Source of the DNA: Batkoa obscura
Lineage: Eukaryota
Assembly (NCBI GenBank): GCA_030770535.1
Contig: JASVEC010000002.1
Coordinates: forward strand, 1,116,001-1,180,000
Direction of reading: 5' to 3'
Length of the DNA: 64,000 bases
Below the pieces are notes generated by a model. That model made no database searches, was not told the DNA's origin, and saw only the letters and a list, made by a program, of their open reading frames with translations. Below are positions 52,307 to 62,511 of the stretch, one piece after another. How positions within the stretch are numbered: the stretch's first letter is position 1; every line of letters starts with the position of its first letter. The translations under genes and the position numbers were made by a program.

Positions 52307-52421
52307 ATATTATTTTTATTTTATTGACCTGCCACCACCCATCACTATCTTAATTGGCGATTGTCGAATACTTTTCATATTTATATTACAAAAAAGCCTA
52401 ATATTAAAAATATGTGTTGTG

Positions 52422-52494
52422 TGATCCCGCCAGGGATCGAACCTGGAATCTTCTGTTCCGTAGACAGACGCCTTATCCATTGGGCCACGGGACC
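52422..52494 (-). tRNA. tRNA-Arg(ACG)
   Basis: Reverse complement gives GGTCCCG...TCTGT-CTACGGA-ACAGA...TTCGATC...CGGGATCA. Confidence 0.97.
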
Positions 52495-53721
52495 ATCTTA
52501 AATCTCTACTTTAAAGTAAATATTTAATCAACTACTTTTGGTGATAAATTGTTTGGAGTTATCTAAATTAGTTTCATTATTTTATCCAATTTTTGAAAAA
52601 AAAAATTATTTTAAAAACTTCGCTTAAAATTATATAAAATCATATCTTTTATTAAAACAAAAGTACCTAAACACAGTTCTAAATCATTCTATTATAGCTC
52701 ATACTGTAAGTTAGTTGAATTTCTACTAGATCTTAAATACATGTTCTTATAAAGCTTAATTGAGAAATATTTATTATCAACCGCTTTATAACCAACATTG
52801 TAGATTTATTATCAAATAAATAAACTATTTTAATGTTATAATTACACTATTAATATATTGCCAAGTTAATAAATAGCTGTATGGGAGGGAGTAGTTAGTC
52901 CCAAAACTATAATTAACCATCCCTATATAGTACAAGTAATAATAGTTTTACATATTATTACAGTTACTTGTTCTTTGACCATTTATTAACTTAGCTATTA
53001 ATAACTTAAGTAATCCTAACATTTAACAATCTATTTCTATCATCTAACAATCTATTTCTATCATTTAACAATCTATTTCTATCATTCAACAAACTACTTA
53101 CTTGCTTAGCAAATATCCAAAATTTAAAATTCTCTGTTATCTTCGTAAGGTAAGCTGGAATTGATCTTTTAGTTTTTCTGTTTTCTATAGACTCTATAAC
53201 TTTAATTGGAACTATATCGCTTTTTTTTGATGTATCAGATACTGGATAACAATGTAGTTTATTGTTATGTTTAATAAAGTGTAAATACTTCTTAATGCCC
53301 TGCATCTCTATTATTCTTTTTGTATTTTTGTTTCTTTTATACTTTTTAAAAATTATGTCTGTTTTCCCATTATTAACAGTCGAGTTATTAATTTTGTTAT
53401 GCTCGCAAATAAAAGTCTCAAATCTTGAAATTAATTGATCGATATCTTCTATTTTACCTAATGCTTCAAAACTACTTTTCCATTTTGAAAGGTTTCCAAT
53501 ATGACCATCAACTATACTTTTTCCATGATACTCAGCAAAAAAATTAAGATTAACATTCAAACTACTATTTATTTTATGAATTTCTTTAAACATATAGTGT
53601 AGAAACTCTTGGGATCCAAAATGATTTCCTGTATCTGCCCATACATTATATATTGATTTTTGTAAACTTTTTAAATAGAAGCTCTGTAGAGATCAAATTG
53701 ATTAAACAATCTCCTGCATAT

Positions 53722-53820
53722 GGGAGTGTTTTTTTTGGCTTCATTACTTTTTCCATCTTTTAAGCATCATTTGAGTGGAAAAATTATTGGTAAAATTCTT
53801 AAATACAAAAATACATCCCC
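53722..53820. mobile_element. MITE in transposase (SAY/AGD site)
   Basis: ATAT TSDs; same site as 55739-56241 and 40887. Confidence 0.92.
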
Positions 53821-53984
53821 ATATGCTGAATCATGATTCAATATTTCAGATAAATAATCAAAGTAAACTTTGCCTATTGTTTTATCATCTTTTAAATATA
53901 ATACACCAAAGCCTAATACTGATATAGCTTGTTTATTATAATCATCTAGATTTATTGAATCTGGTCTTGTTCCTATTTCCATAT

Positions 53985-54082
53985 GGGGCTGTTTTTTTTG
54001 GTTTCATTATTTTTCCCTTTTTTAAGCACTATTTGAGTGGGAAAACTGTTAGTAAAATTCTTAAACAAAAAAAGACATCCCC
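53985..54082. mobile_element. MITE in transposase (QN/ME site)
   Basis: ATAT TSDs; the empty site is at ~55575. Confidence 0.92.
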
Positions 54083-55743
54083 ATATTTTGTTTAAAATCT
54101 AAAACTATTATACAACTTTTGTTATTTAATTTTTTAATAGTTTCATTAAATGTGTTTTTTTGAGTATCAACACAGAATTTATGTAATTTGTATAATTTTT
54201 CTTCTTCGTTGAAAATTTCTTGTATCTCTGCTTTGTTTTTTGCTGTATTTATTTTATTTTCAAATAACTTTTTTCTAACTGTATACTGGGTACGTATATT
54301 ACATAGATCCGTTTTTCTTGCTGGATTTTTGAAATTACTTGGTATATATTTAAAGAACGTTGACCTAACTACTGTTTTATCTCTTAGATCATTAAAATAT
54401 TTACTATATGGGGCTGTCCTAATTGGTTTCAGAATCTACTTAGAAATTAATCCAAATTTAAAATTCCAAGTTTGTGTTCAATATAACGGTTAAATCTAAA
54501 AAGCCTAAAATTAAATGTCTCTATTTAAAACTTATTTTAATTGTTTCCTTTTCTTAAATAGCTAATTTTCCTAACTATATATTTTATGTTAGTTCTGTTA
54601 GATATTTAACAGATATATAATATATAACTATATGATTATATAATTATATAAATACACTTATTTGACTTTATTTTTTGTTGAAATAAAAATAAAATGCAAA
54701 CTTTCATAACTAAACTTCGAAATCGAATTTTTGAAAACTTCAATACAATAAATAGGGAAGAGTACACAATGTAAACATTGTAGTTCATTTACATCAATTT
54801 TAAGAGCTACTTATAACAACCCAAGGTTTATGGAATTTTATAATAAAACAAAACAAAGAAAAGATATATTATCAAAGTTTACTATCGATAATAATAAACT
54901 TAATCAAGTAATGTATAAAATTAGTGCTTTAAGGGAAACAGGAAACAAAAGTCAGCAAGTAGCGTTATTATCAACTATAGCTTCAGTATATTCTTTTGAT
55001 GAATGTAAGAGTTCTAGGTTTAATATAAATAGAAATCAATATGATTACTCAAAAACAAGTAATAATAATAAAATATCAACATTAAAACCTATTATTAAAA
55101 ATACAAAAAAAATTAAAGATGAGCAAATTGAAACTATTATACAATATTTACTAAATGATTCAACTATTTCATCAAGATTTAATAAAAAAAGTAACGATAG
55201 TAAATATTCATCAGATAATATATATATATTAAATAAAAGTAGAAGAATGATATATAGTAAATATTTGAATGATCTAAGAGATAAAGCAGTAGCCAGGTCA
55301 ACGTTCTTTAAATATATACCAAGTAATTTCAAAAATCCAGCAAGAAAAACGGATCTATGTAATATACGTACCCAGTATACAGTTAGAAAAAAGTTATTTG
55401 AAAATAAAATAAATACAGCAAAAAACAAAGCAGAGATACAAGAAATTTTCAACGAAGAAGAAAAATTATACAAATTACATAAATTCTGTGTTAATACTCA
55501 AAAAAACACATTTAATGAAACTGTTAAAAAATTAAATAACAAAAGTTGTATAATAGTTTTAGATTTTAAACAAAATATGGAAATAGGAACAAGACCAGAT
55601 TCAATAAATCTAGATGATTATAATAAACAAGCTATATCAGTATTAGGCTTTGGTGTATTATATTTAAAAGATGATAAAACAATAGGCAAAGTTTACTTTG
55701 ATTATTTATCTGAAATATTGAATCATGATTCAGCATATGGGGA

Positions 55744-56143
55744 TGTGAAATATCGCTTTGTTAGTCCCATGGTTAATTATTTTGATTTGTTATGAGAATT
55801 TCTAGTTCCACCCAAAAGAATATTATCTTCTCATTTTGATACTTATACTTTTCAGACTATAAAAGAGTTTACAGAGTATAATAGTTCGAGGCTTTTTAAC
55901 TGAATTAATCCCTGATATCTCGAACATTTAATAAAGCCACTAAGTTTTCTTAATAGTATTTTACATAGATTTTACATTAGTATTGTCTATTCTATTTGTC
56001 TTATATAGCTTGTAACCTATTACGTGCTATTCCTCATAACCCAAGTCTATCTTAGTCACATAAACTAAGACCTTTCGACTTACAGTGTAGTCAACCCAGC
56101 AATAGCTGTTCTTGACTCCAAACCCTGAGTACCAGATTTCACA
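55744..56143 (+). mobile_element. Solo-LTR-like element, copy 4 (400 bp, internal deletion), nested in a MITE
   Basis: TGTGAAAT...ATTTCACA with a 4-bp TSD GGGA inside the MITE terminus. Confidence 0.82.
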
Positions 56144-56601
56144 GGGATGTATTTTTGTATTTAAGAATTTTACCAATAATTTTTCCACTCAAATGATGCT
56201 TAAAAGATGGAAAAAGTAATGAAGCCAAAAAAAACACTCCCATATGCAGGAGATTGTTTAATCGATTTAATCTCTACAGAGCTTCTATTTAAAAAGTTTA
56301 CAAAAATTAATATATGGGCAGATACAGGAAATCATTTTGGATCCCAAGAGTTTCTACACTATATGATTAAAGAAATTCATAAAATAAATAGTAGTTTGAA
56401 TGTTAATCTTAATTTTTTTGCTGAGCATCATGGAAAAAGTATAGTTGATGGTCATATTGGAAACCTTTCAAAATGGAAAAGTAGTTTTGAAGCATTAGGT
56501 AAAATAGAAGATATCGATCAGTTAATTTCAAGATTTGAGGCTTTTATTTGTGAGCATAATAAAATTAATAACTCGACTGTTAATAATGGGAAAACAGGTA
56601 T

Positions 56602-56678
56602 GAGAATTTACTAACAATCTTTCCACTCGAATAACGCCTAAAAAATGGAAAAGTAATGAAATCAAAAAAAACATCCCC
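56602..56678. mobile_element. 5'-deleted MITE in transposase
   Basis: GTAT/ATAT flanks; the empty site is seen at ~27559. Confidence 0.85.
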
Positions 56679-57460
56679 ATATAATTTTTAAAAAGTATAA
56701 AAGAAACAAAAATACAAAAAGAATAATAGAGATGCAGGGCATTAAGAAGTATTTACACTTTATTAAACATAACAATAAACTACATTGTTATCCAGTATCT
56801 GATACATCAAAAAAAAGCGATATAGTTCCAATTAAAGTTATAGAGTCTATAGAAAACAGAAAAACTAAAAGATCAATTCCAGCTTACCTTACGAAGATAA
56901 CAGAGAATTTTAAATTTTGGATATTTGCTAAGCAAGTAAGTAGTTTGTTGAATGATAGAAATAGATTGTTAAATGATAGAAATAGATTGTTAAATGTTAG
57001 GATTACTTAAGTTATTAATAGCTAAGTTAATAAATGGTCAAAGAACAAGTAACTGTAATAATATGTAAAACTATTATTACTTGTACTATATAGGGATGGT
57101 TAATTATAGTTTTGGGGCTAACTACTCCCTCCCATACAGCTATTTATTAACTTGGCAATATATTAATAGTGTAATTATAACATTAAAATAGTTTATTTAT
57201 TTGATAATAAATCTACAATGTTGGTTATAAAGTAGTTGATAATAAATATTTCTCAATTAAGCTTTATAAGAACATGTATTTAAGATCTAGTAGAAATTCA
57301 ACTAACTTACAGTATGAGCTATAATAGAATGATTTAGAACTGTGTTTAGGTACTTTTGTTTTAATAAAAGATATGATTTTATATAATTTTAAGCGAAGTT
57401 TTTAAAATAATTTTTTTTTCAAAAATTGGATAAAATAATGAAACTAATACAGACAACCCC

Positions 57461-57627
57461 ATATACTGAAACTATATTAGTTGACAATAATGGTACTTAT
57501 TGATTTTCATTTCCTGTTTCCCTCAAAGCACTAATTTTATACATTTTGAAGTTTAGTTATAAAAGTCTGCATTTTATTTTTATTTCAACAAAAATAAAGT
57601 CAAATAAGTGTATTTGTATAACTATAT
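57461..57627 (-). mobile_element. Diverged remnant of the transposon 5' region
   Basis: Matches the reverse complement of ~54645-54720 and ~54910-54990. Confidence 0.7.
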
Positions 57628-57725
57628 GGGGATGTATTTTTGTGTTTAAGAATTTTACTAACAATCTTTCCGCTCAAATAGCGCTTAAAAAATCGAAAAA
57701 GTAATGAAATCAAAAAAACATCCCC
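57628..57725. mobile_element. MITE
   Basis: ATAT-GGGGATGT...ACATCCCC. Confidence 0.88.
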
Positions 57726-58338
57726 ATTTTGTTTTTATTTTAATAAAAAATAAAGCAAAACAATATAAAACATAAAAAATAAGACAATTGAAATAAATTT
57801 TTAAAAATCTTAACCTAAACTTTTAAATTTAATTATATCGTAAAGATCTACAAATTTAAAAATTAATTCAAATATTTTTATATATTTTTTAATATTAAAT
57901 ATTTTTCGTCCAAATAAAATATAAACTTAATAATTATACATCTAAATTAATTTCATAAACACAGACTTTATTTTTTATTAAATAGACTACAAAGAATTTA
58001 TTATTAATATCAATATTTAAATTTCTTACAAGCCCCATTAAGTTGGTACCTTTATTTACGCTTTTGTTATTATTATATAAATAATAGTAAAACGCTCGAA
58101 TTAAAATATAAAAACAAACATTAGAAGGTTTTATTGATTTTATCCTATTGATTAAAATATTTTTAATGCTAAATTTTCTAGATAATTCTTATATCATTTC
58201 TTTAAAAAGCGATTAGTACAATAGTTACTTTGATACTTTTTAATATATATTATTCAACTAATAGATTATATTAATGGGATTACAATCTCTTAACTGGAGA
58301 AGGCATCAAATAATTACTTGGTAGCACCATGTTTGGTT

Positions 58339-59671
58339 TTAACATGTAGTTGTTTCTTTCTCTTTCTTTCCATCTCTTTCTTTCCATCTAGCACGAATAT
58401 CGAAGTGCTCTTCATTGAGCTAACAAGTCACATTATTATTGTGTAAATTTAAAATTATTTCTCAACTTACTTTTTCTTCATCAACGTTATCTGATATAGA
58501 TTTCAATATTTTATCAAGGACACTTGAATGATTTGCATGTTCTTTATCATCCCTAAAACGCATAAACTTCCATTTACAAGGTGGACAATTATCTGGATCA
58601 TAGATTACTTCTACAATTTTCCCTTCCATTCGTTTTTTAAAATCACTTCCAAAGTGAGTTTTAAAAAATTTAAGTTCAGAATCTGAAACCCCCATCTCAT
58701 CCACTTGTTGATATTCGGACCCTCCTTTCCAAATTGATAAAAGAAACCTTGGTGGAGTAGAAGGGCTTTGAACTTCAATATGTAGTTTAAAATCCACTGA
58801 ATTTTCATTGGGGGGCTTCCACTTTAACATAGTTGAGCAGGTGCCTAAGGTATAAGGGGCATTTACTGATGTAAAAATTAACCCATCTGATTTATGTTTT
58901 AAAGTTGGTACTTGTTCTTTCAATATTTTAATCATTCCATATGATAATTCCATAACTTTGGCCTCAATTATTATAGTCAATTTGTCTAAGACATTCAATT
59001 GAGTGGCTCTTTTTAGAAAAGGCTTAACGACATTAGTCCTTAAATATCCTTGCCTTTTTTCTAAACCCCTTTGTATTAACACCTTTCCTTGGAAAGACAG
59101 CAAATCAAACGCTAAATATTTTAATACTCTTTTTCCGTCTTTTTCAATATCATAAACGAGTTCACCATCTATAATTGTTTTGTCTTGGAAAGGACCATTA
59201 TTCTCACAGTTAGGCAAGGGTATATGGATATCATGAAGATATCGATATTTATTCTTTCTGTCTATCTTTAATGAAGTTTTAGCTATAATAGAATTTTAAT
59301 TAATTAAGATTACAAGGAAAGTTTCAGGGCGCTTGGTCTTGGGATTGATTCTTGTAAACAGAAGACATCTTACGCCATCTGATTTTTCACATACAAAATA
59401 ATCAGTTTCTTTTAACTCTTGTAAATGTTCAAGGGTAAAACTAACAGGTTGAGCGCCTATTCATGTTAAATGTTGTTAAATATTTTATATATTATTTACC
59501 AGGAAATCTAATAGATGTTAGTTTTTATAAAAAATGTTCGAAAAAATCTTACCTTTCTGGTTTAATATTAAATAAGCTACCAACCTCTCCTCTAAGCTCT
59601 TTTTCGAAGTCTCTACCTAGAGTTTGGCCCGGTATCTCTGGAACAATATCCTGTGATAAGCCAAATTCCAT
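58339..59671 (-). CDS. CEG1: mRNA-capping enzyme alpha subunit (guanylyltransferase), 5 exons
   Basis: FPGAQPVSF, motif I CEKSDG, IIDGELV, AFDLL, DGLIF, LKWKP, RFRDDK. Exons 59671-59553, 59507-59500, 59456-59314, 59265-58471, 58419-58339. Confidence 0.95.
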
Positions 59672-59828
59672 TGTGACTAGTAAAACAAGGCTAAAATAAT
59701 ATTATCACAGTAAATTTTAAATAATAAATTTTAATTGCAAAAATTGACTAAATATAAAATTATACCAGGTTTTTGTTTTTTTATTTTAGAAGTCAAGTTT
59801 AAATAATAGAACAGTTTAAATTCGAGAT

Positions 59829-60298
59829 ATGAGTAAAGAGATATTAGATGATTGGGAGAAAGCAGCCGAGGAAGATGTAAGTAAAAATACTAAACATGTC
59901 ATACTTTTAAGTTATTTCTATAGTTTGATCCAGTAGGCTTAACTATACCAGAAACTAAAGAAAAATCATCGAAAGATTATAAGTAGTTTTATATAAAGTT
60001 TGATTTAAAAATAAACTTATTTAGATAAGATTACAAATACAGAACTCCAGTTTAAACTATACAGAATATAAACCCCAAGTAAACTTTAATATTAAATTCG
60101 GCATTTAATTAATATTGTAAGATACGTTTATTAGCCAGACCTAGTAATTTGAGTAAAAAGGAGGAAGTAATTAAAAAAGGATCGAGTGTAGTGGAGATTG
60201 AAAAAGGTTTATTGCAAAGGAAACTTGAGTACGAGAAAGCGCGAAAGAGAATCTTTGAAACGTCACCTATAATTCCTAAATCACAAAAGGATAAATAG
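59829..60298 (+). CDS. Small SUZ-domain protein (SZRD1-like), 4 exons; absent from the ORF track
   Basis: MSKEILDDWEKAAEED..., PQ|IRLLARP, LLQRKLEYEKARKRIF, joined via introns 59877-59923, 59983-60029 and 60079-60121. Confidence 0.8.
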
Positions 60299-60630
60299 CA
60301 TGAATACTTTAATGTTTCTATTTAACTACTTCATGAAAATAAAATTTGTAAAACTTGAACTGTTTTATTAAAATTTTATTTTGTAGTTATATCAAATTAC
60401 AACTATAGCATTGTTCATATTAAGTAAATAAAGATCTATTTTTAATTTATAAAAAGATTATTAGTTTTCAAAAATAAGCTAAATAATATTATAAATAATA
60501 TATGATCTAGTTCTATTTTTAATTTTTTATATTAAGCAGGTATTACACTTATCCTTTAAAAACTATTCAGATACCCAAAAAAATAGATCTTAAGCCAATC
60601 ATTAAAATCAAGGCATTAGAAAACAAATCA

Positions 60631-61767
60631 TCAACGACGTGGACGAGGCTTAACAACCATAGGGTTAGGACGTGTTCTGGTTTTTCCACCTTTAGCAAGT
60701 ACACCCCAAGGTGAAGTTGGCTGTCTGTTACCCTTTGATTTACCACGGCCTCCACCATGTGGATGATCTCTTGGATTCATAGCCATACCACGAACTGAAG
60801 GACGCCAGCCTAAACGACGACGAGCACCTGCTTTACCTAAAACACGATGTTGATGGTTAGGGTTAGATACTTTACCAACAGTACCAATTGCATCAACTGG
60901 TACCTTTCTTACTTCACCTGAAGAAAGCTTAATCTGTGCGTAGCCTGTTTTTCCTGTAGCTACGAGTTGGGCCCAAGTTCCAGCTGAACGGATCATTTGA
61001 GCCTTTCCACCCTTTTTAAGCCCAATACAATGCATGATTGTACCTACTGGTGCCATATGAAGTGGCATACAATTACCTATATTTATTGGTACCGTGAGAG
61101 TAATATCGCCATATGCTTCTTCCTCAGCTTTTTCCTGTTCAGTCTTTTCTTTTGGAGTAACAAAAGATTCGACAATCATCCCTGGCTCAAGTCCTTGTGG
61201 AGCAAGGATATAAGATAATTCTTCATTATCAAGATTCTTTATTAAGGCTATATGTGCTGAACGTCCTGGATCATATTCTAAACGCATAACTTCACATTGT
61301 CCAGGAGCTTTACGATGGAAATCTATTATACGAATACGTTGACGATGACCACCACCACGGTGTCTAGTAGTAATTCTTCCTGAATTATTACGCCCACCTG
61401 TCTTTCTTTTTGCTATTGTTAATTTACGTATTGGTTTACCTTTATGAAGATGATCACGTAAAGGCATACGACGAAAACGCAGTCCCGGTGTAATGGGCTT
61501 AAATGTTTTGAATTGACCATCAGTGCGAACTAAGGGAGATTCTACTCTGTCTTTTTTTGTTCTTATTCCTCCTATGTTACATGCAAAAATTGGCATTCTG
61601 GCAGATATTTGTTTGTAAACTGAAGTTTGTTGTGGCCCAATCCTTTTAGTTGCATTTGAGAAATATTTGATTTGATTTAACTTATTAATATTTGTTGCAT
61701 CCTGTAGCCTTAAATGGGGTGATAATCTAACCCTCGATAGTTGATGGGATAGAAATTTTGATATCAT
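60631..61767 (-). CDS. RML2: Mitochondrial ribosomal protein L2 (uL2m)
   Basis: GGRNNSGRITTRHRGGGH, EYDPGRSAHIAL, VRGMAMNPRDHPHGGG; basic N-terminal presequence. Confidence 0.96.
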   Translation of the reverse strand: MISKFLSHQLSRVRLSPHLRLQDATNINKLNQIKYFSNATKRIGPQQTSVYKQISARMPIFACNIGGIRTKKDRVESPLVRTDGQFKTFKPITPGLRFRRMPLRDHLHKGKPIRKLTIAKRKTGGRNNSGRITTRHRGGGHRQRIRIIDFHRKAPGQCEVMRLEYDPGRSAHIALIKNLDNEELSYILAPQGLEPGMIVESFVTPKEKTEQEKAEEEAYGDITLTVPINIGNCMPLHMAPVGTIMHCIGLKKGGKAQMIRSAGTWAQLVATGKTGYAQIKLSSGEVRKVPVDAIGTVGKVSNPNHQHRVLGKAGARRRLGWRPSVRGMAMNPRDHPHGGGRGKSKGNRQPTSPWGVLAKGGKTRTRPNPMVVKPRPRR

Positions 61768-62449
61768 TTCTTTAATGAAAACAAATTGATGTTTGAAAAA
61801 TAACCAGAAATATTTGATTCATCACAAAAATTATGGGATTTAAATTACTACGATATTTACTGATATTAGTCAAGTATAGCAATTTTAAAGATATAGTTAT
61901 ATAAAATACATACAATAGTCACTAGGAGAGTTTAATAGTTTTATATTAAAATGGATAGTAATTCTTATTTTTTTTAATTAAATTAAAAACCATATGTATA
62001 TAAAAGCTAAGTAATAGTAAAATAATATTTGTAAGTTTTATTTTTAGTTTAAATTGTATAAAAAGTGGACAAAAATATTAATGAAAAGAATATTTCTGTC
62101 AATTATAATTTTTTTTATAAGACACTTTCGATCCTTGTTTATTAGTTTATAGTAATTTTGTAGAGTTTACCTTTTGTTCTTTTTAAATACCATTTCGAAC
62201 CCCAATGTAATGCGTTTATACTATAAATGGTTCTTATAAGAAAGATGTTTAAATATCAGATCTTTAAATACCAGATCTTTAATAGTAATAATTTTAATAT
62301 TTATAAATAACTATGTTAAATTTATTTTTGAATCTTCTAAATACTAAATACTTAGTTAAACCTAACGTTCGTCTATTGAAATTTAATTACAAATATACTA
62401 GAATACCTAATATTAAAAAATTCCAGAGATTATAAATGTTTCAATATAT

Positions 62450-62511
62450 GGGATTGTTTTTTAAATGCAATTTGAGGAGAAAAATTATTAAACTATTGAA
62501 AAAACATCCCC
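62450..62511. mobile_element. Short degenerate MITE
   Basis: ATAT-GGGATTGT...ACATCCCC-ATAT. Confidence 0.65.

Larger units (their letters stand above)
52555..54409 (-). mobile_element. 5'-truncated Sola-like transposon copy with two MITE insertions
   Basis: Right end at 52555, transposase ORF pieces 53006-53593 and 53767-53982, cut at the ATAT where the + strand copy begins. Confidence 0.9.
54694..57010 (+). pseudogene. Interrupted DDD transposase (~574 aa reconstructed)
   Basis: Segments 54830-55738, 56246-56597 and 56679-57010 join in frame after removing the insertions plus one TSD each. Motifs IVLDFKQN, IWADTGNHF, FFAEHHGKSIVDGH. A +4 frameshift separates the upstream ATG at 54694. Confidence 0.88.
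54410..57460 (+). mobile_element. Full-length Sola-like (Sola2-type) DNA transposon, ~2.46 kb once nested insertions are removed
   Basis: Imperfect ~21-bp TIRs GGGGCTGTCCTAATTGGTTTC / GGGGTTGTCTGTATTAGTTTC with ATAT on both sides. Encodes a DDD-type transposase. Confidence 0.9.

Noticed and set aside
54406..54413. Tc1/mariner (TA TSD) or Zator (TWA TSD) assignment
   Set aside because: Filled versus empty site comparison shows a 4-bp ATAT duplication, and the catalytic motifs are not DD34E/D-like.
55739..56250. MITE at the SAY/AGD site acting as a clean intron that restores the transposase
   Set aside because: In the LTR-free sibling (53722-53820) the donors near the MITE start are phase 0 or 2, while the downstream acceptors (CAG|GA, GAG|AT) are phase 1. 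The internal TAG and branch site are also mutated in these copies.
409..62511. CRISPR array or other regularly spaced repeat formed by the ~99-bp repeat
   Set aside because: Copies are dispersed, in both orientations, with TSDs and no regular spacers; the context is eukaryotic.
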